IMG/VR virus record: IMGVR_UViG_3300025936_000018
Source of the DNA: a virus
Taxonomy: Duplodnaviria > Heunggongvirae > Uroviricota > Caudoviricetes
Length of the DNA stretch: 64,000 nucleotides
Reading direction: 5' to 3' (one strand)
A program made the position numbers and the translations under genes. The notes beneath the pieces are model-generated. The model was not told the DNA's origin. It made no database searches and saw only the letters and a program-made list of their open reading frames with translations. Shown here piece by piece: positions 17,420 through 26,498 of the stretch. Positions within the stretch are counted from its first letter, which is position 1. Each line of letters opens with the position of its first letter.

Positions 17420-19255
17420 TTACGCGAAGATCGACAACTGCTGCGTGCGCTGCGCGACGAGCTCGGCGTACTCCTGGTTGAGCTCGATGCCGACGCAGCG
17501 CCGGCCCATCTTCCGCGCGACGAGCGCGGTCGTGCCGGAGCCCATGAACGGGTCGAGAACCGTGCACGGCACCGGTGTCAGCGGAGCCGTCTCCGGGATC
17601 TCGACGCGCTCGAGCCATTCGTTCTCGATCCACCGCTCGAGCAGCTCCGGCGGGATCGGTCGCGCACCCGACGCGTCCGTGCGGACGTAGTGCGCGAACG
17701 CCTCAGCGCCAGCCTCGTCGCGCATCTCTTCCGCGAACGCCGACTGGCGCAGCTGGCGCGCGTACTCCGCCTGCTCGTACCGCGTGATCGGCCGCGTGCC
17801 CTCGCCGTCGCCGCGCGGCCGACCGAGGCCCTTCCGGCCGGTCTCCATCGTGGGATCGGCGCCATCGCTCTCGCCGAGCGGGGTCATGATCGGCGTCAGG
17901 TCGACGCCGGCGCACGCGCACGACGGCCGCCATCCCTTGAACACAGCCGTCGAGTAGACGCCGCCCTCGTTGCGGTGGAGCGACTTCGACGACTGCGCGT
18001 TGCTCGTCTGGCTGTGCGTGTTCGCCCAGCCGCGCGTGTCGTCATCCGCCGCATACTTCGACGGATTGTTCGTCTCGATGATGCGCTGCCACGGAGCTCC
18101 GCACTGCGGACAGCAGCCGTACTCGGATGTGCCGGCGGCGATGCAGCGGCGCGGCAACTCCTCCGGGAAGGTCGCAAAGTGGGCGTCGGCGAACTGCTGC
18201 GTCGCAACCGTCCAGACAGAACGCGCGTTGCGGGTCAGCGGCGACAGACTCGCCCCGTTCGTCGCTTCGATGTCATCCGTCAGACCGTGCTGCTCATCGA
18301 GCTCGGCCGCGCGTCGCTGCTGCGGATGCTTCGCCGCCGCGCGACCCTGCATCTGCTGCGCGTGCGGCCCGTTCTTCGGATTCCCGTTCGGACCCCACCA
18401 CGTCGCCGGCTCCGCGATCGCCGCGGCGTCGTAGAAGTAGCGCTGGCTCTTCGTCAGCAGGAACACGTACTCGTGCGACTTCGTCGGCCGGTCGGTCACG
18501 GACTCCGGCATTGGATTCGACTTCCGCCAGATCAGGTCGCGATCTTGGCTATAGCGCCAGACGCGTTCCTCGAGGACGTGGCCGCAGCCGCAGGGACAGT
18601 AGAGCTCGACCTCTTCGATGACGTCGCTGCGCAGGTACCAGCCGTCATCCTGGAGCGCGAATGCGAGCCGCCACGGGATCCCGATCAGGTCCTTCCTCTT
18701 GAACCCTGCCGGCAGCGACCGGGGCTCCTTCGACTCCGCGATCTCCCTGCCGCGACGCGAGAGATGGAACGAGCCGTGCTGCCCGGGCGCGCGCGTGTCG
18801 GCCGCGTAGCTGCCACCGTCGTATTGCGCGTAGCTATCCCCGATGTTGAGCCAGCATGTGCCGTCCGCGCGCAGGACACGCCGCACCTCGCGGAAAATCT
18901 CCACCACCTTCTCGACGTACTCGTCCGGCGACTGTTCGAGCCCGAGCTGCTGGTCGATCCGCGTGGCGCCGCAGAGTCCGCAAATCGCGCGCGCGCCGTT
19001 GTGTTGATGGCTTTGCTTCGCTCCTTCCAAACCGGATGTCGCGATGTTTCGGTCGATGTCGCCAGCCTTGGGATGCGGATGCTGACAGTCGGGATCGCCG
19101 CCTTCCCATGTGCCTGTCCCGTAGTCGCGCAGGCCCCAGTACGGCGGAGACGTGACGCAACAGTGCACGCTCGCGTCGGCGATCTCGCGCAGTTGCTCGA
19201 GCGCGTCTCCGACGTAGAGCGTGAGGTCGAGATCGGCGAGGAAGGGCTCGCTCAC
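17420..19255 (-). CDS. DNA methyltransferase (N6-adenine/N4-cytosine, beta-class) with large Zn-ribbon insertion
   Basis: LYVGDALEQL...SVHCCVTSPPYWGLRDY (motif IV) ... VLDPFMGSGTTALVA (motif I); CPCGCGH and CCPQCG ribbons between them. GTG start 19255 overlaps the upstream stop (GTGA). Confidence 0.85.
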   Translation of the reverse strand: MSEPFLADLDLTLYVGDALEQLREIADASVHCCVTSPPYWGLRDYGTGTWEGGDPDCQHPHPKAGDIDRNIATSGLEGAKQSHQHNGARAICGLCGATRIDQQLGLEQSPDEYVEKVVEIFREVRRVLRADGTCWLNIGDSYAQYDGGSYAADTRAPGQHGSFHLSRRGREIAESKEPRSLPAGFKRKDLIGIPWRLAFALQDDGWYLRSDVIEEVELYCPCGCGHVLEERVWRYSQDRDLIWRKSNPMPESVTDRPTKSHEYVFLLTKSQRYFYDAAAIAEPATWWGPNGNPKNGPHAQQMQGRAAAKHPQQRRAAELDEQHGLTDDIEATNGASLSPLTRNARSVWTVATQQFADAHFATFPEELPRRCIAAGTSEYGCCPQCGAPWQRIIETNNPSKYAADDDTRGWANTHSQTSNAQSSKSLHRNEGGVYSTAVFKGWRPSCACAGVDLTPIMTPLGESDGADPTMETGRKGLGRPRGDGEGTRPITRYEQAEYARQLRQSAFAEEMRDEAGAEAFAHYVRTDASGARPIPPELLERWIENEWLERVEIPETAPLTPVPCTVLDPFMGSGTTALVARKMGRRCVGIELNQEYAELVAQRTQQLSIFA

Positions 19256-19617
19256 GCGCTGGCGCCCAGCTCGAGCAGAGCTCGCTCGTACCGGTGCGCG
19301 TGGTGCGGCTTGATGTGGCCGCCATGCTCGCCGCGGCAACGCGCGAGGTTGTCGCGAAGATCGGCGATCTTGACCGCGATCGCGACCGGATCGCCGCTCG
19401 CCTTGACGCGCGCGATGTAGTCGGAGTAGACCTCGCCGGGTTGCCGCGTCAGCACCTCGACGTGAGAGCGGATCTCGGCCGGCACTCCATCGGTTCCGTC
19501 CTCGATGTGGTCGTGGAAGAGAGCAACCATCGCCTCAACCGAACCGGGCTCGAATCCGCTCGCGACTCGCCGGCAGTGTTCAACCGCTGCGGTCACTGAC
19601 TTCTCCATTCGGTACAA
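19252..19617 (-). CDS. HD-domain small alarmone hydrolase-like protein
   Basis: ALFHDHIEDG (HD...ED) and VKIADLRDNLA resemble the RelA/SpoT-type HD hydrolase core; 121 aa; translationally coupled to the downstream methyltransferase. Confidence 0.5.
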   Translation of the reverse strand: MYRMEKSVTAAVEHCRRVASGFEPGSVEAMVALFHDHIEDGTDGVPAEIRSHVEVLTRQPGEVYSDYIARVKASGDPVAIAVKIADLRDNLARCRGEHGGHIKPHHAHRYERALLELGASA

Positions 19618-20002
19618 CTATAGCGGAGTGGTGTGCGAGTCGAGAGACGTGATCGAGCATCTCGCGGCGATGCTCATGCCGAGGCGCCGCGTTGCGATCC
19701 GGATGGTTACGCGGCATCGCGATCGCGCGCACGACGCCGGCAGTGTCACGCAGCTTTAGCCAACGCGCGGGTTCCGCTGCTTGCTCGAGAATCCGCCCGA
19801 GCGTGACCGGGTCGAGGTCCGTCGCTTGCTGCAAGTCAGTGCCGGCCCAGACGTGAGTGCCGTGGAGCGCGAGCGAGTGGAACTTGTCGCCGTCGGCCGG
19901 GTCGATGAACGGCTGGCCATCGGAGCGCTTCCGCAGCCGATAGCGGCGAATGCTCGGCCGCACCTTCCCATCGGCACGGCGACGTTTGCGGTTGACGCTC
20001 AT
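19580..20002 (-). CDS. hypothetical protein
   Basis: Internal start MSVNRKRRR...; His-rich C-terminus. Confidence 0.35.
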   Translation of the reverse strand: MSVNRKRRRADGKVRPSIRRYRLRKRSDGQPFIDPADGDKFHSLALHGTHVWAGTDLQQATDLDPVTLGRILEQAAEPARWLKLRDTAGVVRAIAMPRNHPDRNAAPRHEHRREMLDHVSRLAHHSAIVVPNGEVSDRSG

Positions 20003-20634
20003 GTCGCGGTCGGCTCCAATTCCAAGCCGAGACTCTCGACGAGAGCGGCCACCCATGCGCGTCGCCACTCGTTGCGCTCCGCCGCTTCCGCGTTACGCGT
20101 GCGCTGATCTTCGGCTTGCTTCTCGAGCCGCTCGATCGTCTGCTCTCGCCAGGACAGGCTGACCTCCGGAACCTCGAACGTGAAGTCGTGGCAGTCGTGC
20201 TCGAGCGACTCATGGAGTTGCGAGAGCATGAACTCCTTCAAGCCCGCATGATCCGACGTCGGCGGATCCCAGGCCTCGACCTTCTCGATCATCGCCTCGT
20301 ACCGAGTACGCGTGCGTTCGCGCTCGGCTACGGACTCCTCGTTCAAGCGAACGGCGTCGTCGTGCTGTGCCTGCGCAGCGGCGAGCACAGCTCCGTCGTA
20401 CATGTCTCGCACACGGGCGAGCTCGGCCTCGATGTCCGTCAAGTGCTTCGCTCCATAGCTGTCGTCCTCGAGGTAGCGGCCTGTGACGATGGCGCGGCGA
20501 GTAGCCTCCGGCGAGGTATCCGAGTCGTCGCGCATCAGCACGAATGGGCCGATCGCGCGTGCGCATTTCAGCGCAAAGTCGGGGAACTCCGTGATCACCC
20601 CTTCCTGGACGGGACCCGTGAACGCGCTAGCCAT
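19999..20634 (-). CDS. hypothetical protein
   Basis: 211-aa acidic, coiled-coil-rich ORF. Confidence 0.45.
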   Translation of the reverse strand: MASAFTGPVQEGVITEFPDFALKCARAIGPFVLMRDDSDTSPEATRRAIVTGRYLEDDSYGAKHLTDIEAELARVRDMYDGAVLAAAQAQHDDAVRLNEESVAERERTRTRYEAMIEKVEAWDPPTSDHAGLKEFMLSQLHESLEHDCHDFTFEVPEVSLSWREQTIERLEKQAEDQRTRNAEAAERNEWRRAWVAALVESLGLELEPTAT

Positions 20635-20779
20635 CGGCTGACTGCTTGCTCGAGCTCTTGTCGCGTTCCGACGAGATCACGGCGATGATCACGACGATGA
20701 TCGCGATCACAAGCAGCGCGAGAACCGTCGCGATCACTCCCGCCCAGAAGTCCGGCACTACCAGAGCTACTACGTCCAT
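20632..20779 (-). CDS. small membrane protein (about 49 aa)
   Basis: MDVVALVVPDFWAGVIATVLALLVIAIIVVIIAVISS...; SD GGAGGA 4 nt upstream. Confidence 0.3.
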
Positions 20780-21250
20780 CTAGTCCTCCTTTTTCTTCGA
20801 CCGTTCCTTGAGCACGATCCGGAATGCGCGGTCCTCTTCGGGCTCGAGCACGCCGGCGCGCAGCATGCTCATCAGGAGACCGTTCCACTCGGCGTCCGAC
20901 ATCGACCGGAACCCCTCGAGAGAGCTCTGGAAGTCGCGTCCCGGCGTCATGCGCGGCAGCCTCGAGCGGACCCATGAGAGCCGCATCGCGTCGAGCTCCG
21001 CCCACCCGCTCATCGACGCCTCGGCAGCTTGGTCGTCCTCGGCGTAGCCGAGCAGCTCGACCGGGCCGCCTTTGCCGGGCCCGAGCCGGACGGCGTAGAA
21101 CTCGCCGGTCGACTCGACCCATGAGACGCGGTAGTGCGGGAAGTTGAGACCGCCGTCCGTCCACATCACGCCGTAGTCGACCTCGCGCGAGCGGTTGCGC
21201 TCCGGATTCGCAGCGTAGAAGTGGTCGGTGCTGCGGAAGTCCTCCCTCAT
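20780..21250 (-). CDS. hypothetical protein
   Basis: 156-aa ORF. Confidence 0.45.
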   Translation of the reverse strand: MREDFRSTDHFYAANPERNRSREVDYGVMWTDGGLNFPHYRVSWVESTGEFYAVRLGPGKGGPVELLGYAEDDQAAEASMSGWAELDAMRLSWVRSRLPRMTPGRDFQSSLEGFRSMSDAEWNGLLMSMLRAGVLEPEEDRAFRIVLKERSKKKED

Positions 21251-21639
21251 GGCGTCGCTCCTTTGCCGTAACCGTGGATGATCCGGTGGCCGTCCGAGTT
21301 GGCGATCGGGATCAGGTTGAATCCGCCGATCTCGATGCTGACGGCGCAGAAGACGCCGCGGCCGGCCGCGTACGCGATCGCGGCGAACACGAAGTTCGCG
21401 GCCGGACCCGCTGCTGCGGTGATCGCGATCTGGAGCCGCGTGAGCCGGATCGCTTCGGAGCCGATGATCATCGCCGGCCCGTGGCGCGTGAGCGTCGGGC
21501 GCACCGGGAGATGGAGCGCCAGCGCTGCGCCGGCGTGGCCGGCTTCATGGACGAGCAGCGCGACCAGCAACGCCATGAGGAACACCACGGGGATGATCCT
21601 GACGGCGGCGTCGGCCATCTCAGTCCTCATCGAGCTCAT
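21247..21639 (-). CDS. minimal site-2-protease/M50-like intramembrane zinc metalloprotease
   Basis: TM helix, then HEAGH (HExxH); second motif NLIPIANSDG matching N-x2-P-x4-DG of the S2P family; 130 aa. Confidence 0.5.
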   Translation of the reverse strand: MSSMRTEMADAAVRIIPVVFLMALLVALLVHEAGHAGAALALHLPVRPTLTRHGPAMIIGSEAIRLTRLQIAITAAAGPAANFVFAAIAYAAGRGVFCAVSIEIGGFNLIPIANSDGHRIIHGYGKGATP

Positions 21640-21760
21640 CGAGCTCGTCCTCCGGCTCTGGCTCCGGCGTCATCGCGTCGTAGTCCGGCTCTTGGAGTCC
21701 GTACGCCTCCGCGAACGCGTCGCCGAGGATCTCTTCGACGCGCAACCTAACTTGATCCAT
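21620..21760 (-). CDS. small acidic protein
   Basis: MDQVRLRVEEILGDAFAEAYGLQEPDYDAMTPEPEPEDELDELDED. Confidence 0.3.
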   Translation of the reverse strand: MDQVRLRVEEILGDAFAEAYGLQEPDYDAMTPEPEPEDELDELDED

Positions 21761-22131
21761 CAGCGTGACTCGCTCTCTCGATCGCGGCGCGCGTCGCCGA
21801 GGTCGCGGAGATGCTCCGCGTAGAGCGGCGACTTCGGATCGAATGGGTCGAGCAGTTCGGCCTCGCCGGGCAAGCAGTCGAAGTCGGCGCGTCCCGGGCC
21901 GGCCTCGTACTCGCGCAGCGCGGCCGCGCGTTCGCGCGCCCACTCGCCAATCTGCGTTTCGAGCAGGCCGAGAAGGTCGGCGGCTTCGGCGTTCGTCATG
22001 CGCAGCCGCAGCTTCGGGAGCTCGCCGAGCTCGAGCAACTCGAACGGGTTCTCAGCCTCGAGCAGCGCCGGCACAAAGTCCAGAACGACGTGCCGGCCTT
22101 CGTCCGAGTCGACATGGAACAACGACGTCAT
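21760..22131 (-). CDS. hypothetical protein
   Basis: Internal start MTSLFHVDSDEGR...; ATGA overlap with the C5-methyltransferase stop. Confidence 0.45.
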   Translation of the reverse strand: MTSLFHVDSDEGRHVVLDFVPALLEAENPFELLELGELPKLRLRMTNAEAADLLGLLETQIGEWARERAAALREYEAGPGRADFDCLPGEAELLDPFDPKSPLYAEHLRDLGDARRDRESESR

Positions 22132-23942
22132 GGCGCGACCGCCAGAGTCGGGATGAGCGCGGCACCCAGCATCGCCGCGACGGGCGAGCTGACAGCGTTG
22201 CCGATCATCTTGACCCGGTTCTCGTTCGAGATTTCGCGCATCTGGCCGCGATGGTTGCGCGTCTTCGCGTCGAGACGGTACGGCCGCCCGTCCGCGTGCT
22301 CGTGCATCTGCTGCGCACGAAGGAGCTCCGGCCACTGAAGCATTCGGAACAGGCATGCGTCGATCTCGTCGTCGGAGACGATGAGCGCTTCGCGGCTCGT
22401 CGTGGTCACGGTCCGGGGCGTGACCATGAGCGACTGCGAATCGCGGCCCTTGACGACGCCTGCTGGCTCGTCGAGCTCGCGGACGTGCCCGGGGTTGCCG
22501 TTGTAGACGAGCAGGCCGTGGTGGTAGCCGCCGCCGGTCACCGTCGCGGCCGGCTCGTCGGCGCTGTCAACGCCCCCGTGGTTTCGCAGCGTGACGAGCG
22601 CGAGCTCGCCGTGCCCGGCGATCGTGCGTGTCGGCTCGTCGAGATGCGACGGGAGGCGATCGCCCGGCTTGCCGCGGTTGACCTGCACCAGCATGTGCTG
22701 CGCCGGCGCCGTCGTCACGGTGCTCGCCGGCTCATCGAGGCCACCGCCGACGGCATGCTCGCGGTTCGGGATCAGGAGACCGATCTCGCGATCGTGCGCG
22801 GTGATCGTCTGCATTGGCTCCTGCGCGACGCGCGGCGACGCGCCTTGCCCGCCGTAGCGCATGACGACGGCCATCTGCGACGTGCACACGACGGTGCGGA
22901 GGGGATCGTCGACGCTCCACACGCGGACGCCGGGACGACGCTCGAAGAGGTTGCCGCCCACCTGCACGGTGATCGGCTCCGTCGTACGGAGACGCTCGAG
23001 CCCGGCACGGATCCGCTCGATCGTGTTCTTCGCGAGCGGCTTCTTACGGCCGCCGATCGACGCCGCTGGAAGCGCCCAGTCGATGATCGTCCGGGAGCCC
23101 GTGACCGCCGGCGCGACGGGATGCGTGCACGTCGGGCACGTGTAGACGTACTGCTGCCCGTACCGGCCCCACTCGAACAGGCCGGGCCGGTCGCGGATGC
23201 TGCCCTTCGACGCCTTCTTCCACGTCTGCACGCCGCGCACGACGATCTCGCAGCTCGAGCACCATGACATCGGGCAGAAGTCGAGGTTCGGCTCGGCGAG
23301 TCCGTCACGCCAGAACACGACGTACATCCGGTCGCGGGACTGCGGCGTCGGCAGCGCGAACTGCGAGTTGAAGTAGAGGACGCGGCCCTGGTAGCCGAGC
23401 TCGATGATCGCCCGGTACCACTGGTCGAAGTCGATCCCGCACGAGCAGCGGAACTTCCACTGCCGCGCCTTGCGGTCGTAGTAGCGGCCGTGTCCGTGCT
23501 CTTCGGCTTCGCACCACAGCCGCGCCTCGACGACGTTCTCGACGATGATCGCGTCGTACCGGTGGTGCTCCGTGAAGCGGACGATGTCGCCGAACGTCGC
23601 GCGCGAGCGCTGCGCGTCGGGGTCGTAGTCGCGCGGCCCGCGGCAGTACGCGTGGTGCGTGCACTCGGGCGACGCCCAGAGCAGCGGCGTCCGCCGGAAC
23701 CGCGCGGCCGGGATGAGCTCGACGTCGTGGACGTCATGGTCGGCGTCCGGGAAGTTCGCGTTGTGCGCTTCGACCGCGAGGTCCCAGTGGTTGAGCGCCT
23801 GCGTCACGCGGATCAGCGGCCGGCCGCATGCTGAGCACGCGACGCTCTCGAGGCCAAGCGACGAGCCGCCGGCGCCGGCGAACATGTCGGTCGCCTCGAG
23901 CTCGCCCCATCCAGTGCACGTAGGGCACATTGCGGCGCTCAT
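22128..23942 (-). CDS. DNA cytosine-5 methyltransferase
   Basis: FAGAGG (motif I), SPECTHH (motif IV, PC), ENV (motif VI), QFALPTPQSRDRMYVV (motif VIII), IGNAV (motif X). Start ATG 23942 overlaps the upstream stop. Confidence 0.9.
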   Translation of the reverse strand: MSAAMCPTCTGWGELEATDMFAGAGGSSLGLESVACSACGRPLIRVTQALNHWDLAVEAHNANFPDADHDVHDVELIPAARFRRTPLLWASPECTHHAYCRGPRDYDPDAQRSRATFGDIVRFTEHHRYDAIIVENVVEARLWCEAEEHGHGRYYDRKARQWKFRCSCGIDFDQWYRAIIELGYQGRVLYFNSQFALPTPQSRDRMYVVFWRDGLAEPNLDFCPMSWCSSCEIVVRGVQTWKKASKGSIRDRPGLFEWGRYGQQYVYTCPTCTHPVAPAVTGSRTIIDWALPAASIGGRKKPLAKNTIERIRAGLERLRTTEPITVQVGGNLFERRPGVRVWSVDDPLRTVVCTSQMAVVMRYGGQGASPRVAQEPMQTITAHDREIGLLIPNREHAVGGGLDEPASTVTTAPAQHMLVQVNRGKPGDRLPSHLDEPTRTIAGHGELALVTLRNHGGVDSADEPAATVTGGGYHHGLLVYNGNPGHVRELDEPAGVVKGRDSQSLMVTPRTVTTTSREALIVSDDEIDACLFRMLQWPELLRAQQMHEHADGRPYRLDAKTRNHRGQMREISNENRVKMIGNAVSSPVAAMLGAALIPTLAVAP

Positions 23943-24205
23943 GGCGTCTCTCTCCAGAACGGATTGACGACCCACTCGCCGACGACCGCGTCGAGCAGAC
24001 CGAACGCGCCGGAGTCGCCGAGCTCGCCGCCGATCTCCTTCGCGTCGGCGTGCAGCTGGCCGATGGCGACACCGACCGCCTCGAAGTCCGCGCACGTCGC
24101 GAGCACGTCGAGCGATCCGCCGCGGCGGCCGTAGAGCCGGTAGCGCTCTTCGGCTGTCCGCGGGTAGAGCTCGTCGCTGTCGATCACGTAGGCCGCCGCG
24201 CTCAT
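23939..24205 (-). CDS. hypothetical protein
   Basis: 88-aa acidic ORF. Confidence 0.4.
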   Translation of the reverse strand: MSAAAYVIDSDELYPRTAEERYRLYGRRGGSLDVLATCADFEAVGVAIGQLHADAKEIGGELGDSGAFGLLDAVVGEWVVNPFWRETP

Positions 24206-24402
24206 GCGACGCTCCGCTCAGGCAGGGAGCGAATCGCGACCTTGATCGCGACCGTCGTTCCGCGGATGATCTCCAGTCCGCGCTCTGATCCGTCGTCGAG
24301 CAGCACTTCCCACTTGCTTGACAGTATGTCGAAGTGACACTGCCGCAGGCCGTATCCGCGCTGAGCGGCGACCATCCGGAACTCGTCCTCCCAGTTGCCC
24401 AT
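24202..24402 (-). CDS. hypothetical protein
   Basis: Internal start MGNWEDEFRM...; TGATG junction. Confidence 0.35.
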   Translation of the reverse strand: MGNWEDEFRMVAAQRGYGLRQCHFDILSSKWEVLLDDGSERGLEIIRGTTVAIKVAIRSLPERSVA

Positions 24403-24623
24403 CAGACTTGCCCGCCGTGGTCGTAGACGCTGCGGATCTGGCTGACCTCGAACCATGCCTGCTCGCGCCGCGCGCGGCGGAGCTCGGCATCCTGCTCCTT
24501 CTGCTGCTGCCTCTTCTCGACGCGCTCGCCGATCGTCTCGATGATCGCGATGACCGCGAGCACCATGGAGCCGGCGCCGAGGTAGAAGATGAAGCCGGGC
24601 AGTTGCTCGGTCGCGACCCTCAC
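24402..24623 (-). CDS. small membrane protein
   Basis: GFIFYLGAGSMVLAVIAIIETI helix. Confidence 0.35.
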   Translation of the reverse strand: MRVATEQLPGFIFYLGAGSMVLAVIAIIETIGERVEKRQQQKEQDAELRRARREQAWFEVSQIRSVYDHGGQV

Positions 24624-25153
24624 GAGCTGACCTCCGACGGGACCTGCTCGCGCACGAGCCGCGCGAGCCGCAAGAGGTCCTCGTAGTCGGTGTGCTCGCC
24701 CTCGTCGAGGCCGGCCAGCGTCTCGAGCGCGTCGGCGATCGCGCCGGCGTCGCGCGAAGAGAGCACGATCCCGAGCGGGAGATCCGGCGGCTCCGCGATC
24801 TGCCGCACTTCGATTCCCAGCTCACTGAGCACGACATTGTTGAGGGAGCCGCGCACCGTCTCGACCGTCGCGGGCTCGTTTCTCCCATAGACGCCGTCGA
24901 TGAGCCAGCGCCCGTACTTGCTGTCGGCCCACGTGAAGAGATCGTCGGCGGTCATCAGGAGCTCGTTCGCGACCTCGATCACTGCCGCGTCGATCTCCCG
25001 CTGCCGCGTCCCATCGAGATAGCGCCGCTCGGCGTAGCCGAAGCCAGCGTGATCCTCGCGCTTGAGCGCCGTTTCCAAGTCCGCTACGACGAGCGGCTCC
25101 GCTCCGTCCGTGTTCGTGCTCATGCGACGTCTCCCTTCGCCGTGACTGACCAT
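24620..25153 (-). CDS. hypothetical protein
   Basis: 177-aa acidic ORF. Confidence 0.4.
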   Translation of the reverse strand: MVSHGEGRRRMSTNTDGAEPLVVADLETALKREDHAGFGYAERRYLDGTRQREIDAAVIEVANELLMTADDLFTWADSKYGRWLIDGVYGRNEPATVETVRGSLNNVVLSELGIEVRQIAEPPDLPLGIVLSSRDAGAIADALETLAGLDEGEHTDYEDLLRLARLVREQVPSEVSS

Positions 25154-25476
25154 GCAAAATCGACGAGCCTGTCGAGCGGCAGCCGCTCGAACTTCGCCTT
25201 GTTCTTCCGACTCAGAGCGTTGTAGACCTTGACGAGCAGCGCCGCCGTGGTGGTGTCGACGAGGTAGCCGTCGATCGTTGCGGCCATCCCAGAGCGGCCG
25301 ATCTCGAGGACCTTCGCGATCCTCGTGCGGCCCTCCGCCTCCGCCGGCACATAGACCTCGTGCCCGTTCGGGCAGTGCAGTTCCATCGCGGACGCGTCGC
25401 CGAGCTCCGGCTTATCGAGCGTCGCGGTCATCGGCTCGCCGCACTCGTCGCAGACCGTTCCGTCAAGCGAGCTCAT
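25120..25476 (-). CDS. zinc-ribbon protein
   Basis: Start MSSLDGTVCDECGEP...HCPNGH. Confidence 0.4.
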   Translation of the reverse strand: MSSLDGTVCDECGEPMTATLDKPELGDASAMELHCPNGHEVYVPAEAEGRTRIAKVLEIGRSGMAATIDGYLVDTTTAALLVKVYNALSRKNKAKFERLPLDRLVDFAWSVTAKGDVA

Positions 25477-25784
25477 GAGTGGCTCGCCTTCGGCATGCCT
25501 GCGTAGACCTCGTCGATCCATCCGTCATCGACCGGGATCGCGACGATCTCGTAGTTCGTGAACGGAGCCGTCCAGAGACCGACCAGCTGCTCGCCGTAGC
25601 GGTCGACCGCCGGCGAGATGTACTCGAGCTGGCTTGCCGTGATCGCGTCCGGCTCGGCGTCGGCCGACTCGCGCTCGTACCGTGCGAATCCTTCGCCCGT
25701 CGCGTAGGCGTTGAGCGCCTCGAATCCGTCTGGCGCGTCGACGCGCGCGAGGACATCGGTGAAGTCGCTGATCTCGAAGATCAT
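25473..25784 (-). CDS. hypothetical protein
   Basis: 103-aa acidic ORF. Confidence 0.4.
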   Translation of the reverse strand: MIFEISDFTDVLARVDAPDGFEALNAYATGEGFARYERESADAEPDAITASQLEYISPAVDRYGEQLVGLWTAPFTNYEIVAIPVDDGWIDEVYAGMPKASHS

Positions 25785-26062
25785 CAGGCGGTCACCCCGA
25801 AGTCGTCCAGCGCGACGACCGTGCGCATGGACTTCTCACCGGCGAACGCGGCGTAGTCGGTCTGGAGCGCGACGAGGAACGCCACCTGCGGCGACGGCGA
25901 CTCAGTCAGGCCGAACTTGAAAACCGTGCTGGCGAGAGCGCCCTGGACGGCGTTACCGACGCCGCCGCGCGCCTCGAAGTGCTCGCGGGGCCCGGTCAGG
26001 ACCTCCGTCGTGGTGTCGAAGGTGAAGCGTCCAACTTCGACGAGCGTTTCCGTTCCTGCCAT
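25784..26062 (-). CDS. hypothetical protein
   Basis: Start MAGTETLV with SD GGGAGA/AGGAG upstream. Confidence 0.4.
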   Translation of the reverse strand: MAGTETLVEVGRFTFDTTTEVLTGPREHFEARGGVGNAVQGALASTVFKFGLTESPSPQVAFLVALQTDYAAFAGEKSMRTVVALDDFGVTA

Positions 26063-26110
26063 CTCCTGATCTCCCTTCAGGTCCGATCTCTCTTCTCCCA
26101 TTACGGTATA

Positions 26111-26138
26111 AATATATCAGTAGAGCCGGGGAGGTCAA
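26111..26138 (-). promoter_or_regulatory. sigma-70-like promoter TTGACC-N16-TATATT
   Basis: On the minus strand: TTGACC (26138-26133), 16-nt spacer, TATATT (26116-26111). Only AT-rich patch locally; about 40-nt leader to the gene starting at 26062. Confidence 0.45.
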
Positions 26139-26494
26139 GGGTAGAACCGCTCGAGCAGATACTCAAGATCGAGCTCTCGTGCGAAGCGCTTGCACCGCTC
26201 CGGCACGACATCGAGCGCGATCCGCTCGGCGGCCAGCGTGTGTCGGTCGTGCGCGTGCTTGCAGATGGTCATGCCGTTCGCGGGATCCCAGAGCCGCCCG
26301 GCGTGGCCACGTTTCCGGAGCTGCTGCTGCGTGAGCACATGGTGCGCTTGCAGCGGGCCCGCGCAGTCCGCTTGATCGGCGTGCACGAGGCAGCGACCGT
26401 CGAGCGCGAGCACAGCGACCTTGAAGTCGAGCCGCTCGGCGCTCGATGCGTCATCGCTGGCCCGGCTCGGGCGCGGATCCGGAGCTCCTGCCAC
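26135..26494 (-). CDS. HNH-like endonuclease (short)
   Basis: CLVHADQADCAGPLQAHHVL...NGMTICKHAHDRH; GTG start 5 nt after the RuvC stop. Confidence 0.5.
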   Translation of the reverse strand: MAGAPDPRPSRASDDASSAERLDFKVAVLALDGRCLVHADQADCAGPLQAHHVLTQQQLRKRGHAGRLWDPANGMTICKHAHDRHTLAAERIALDVVPERCKRFARELDLEYLLERFYP

Positions 26495-26498
26495 CGAG

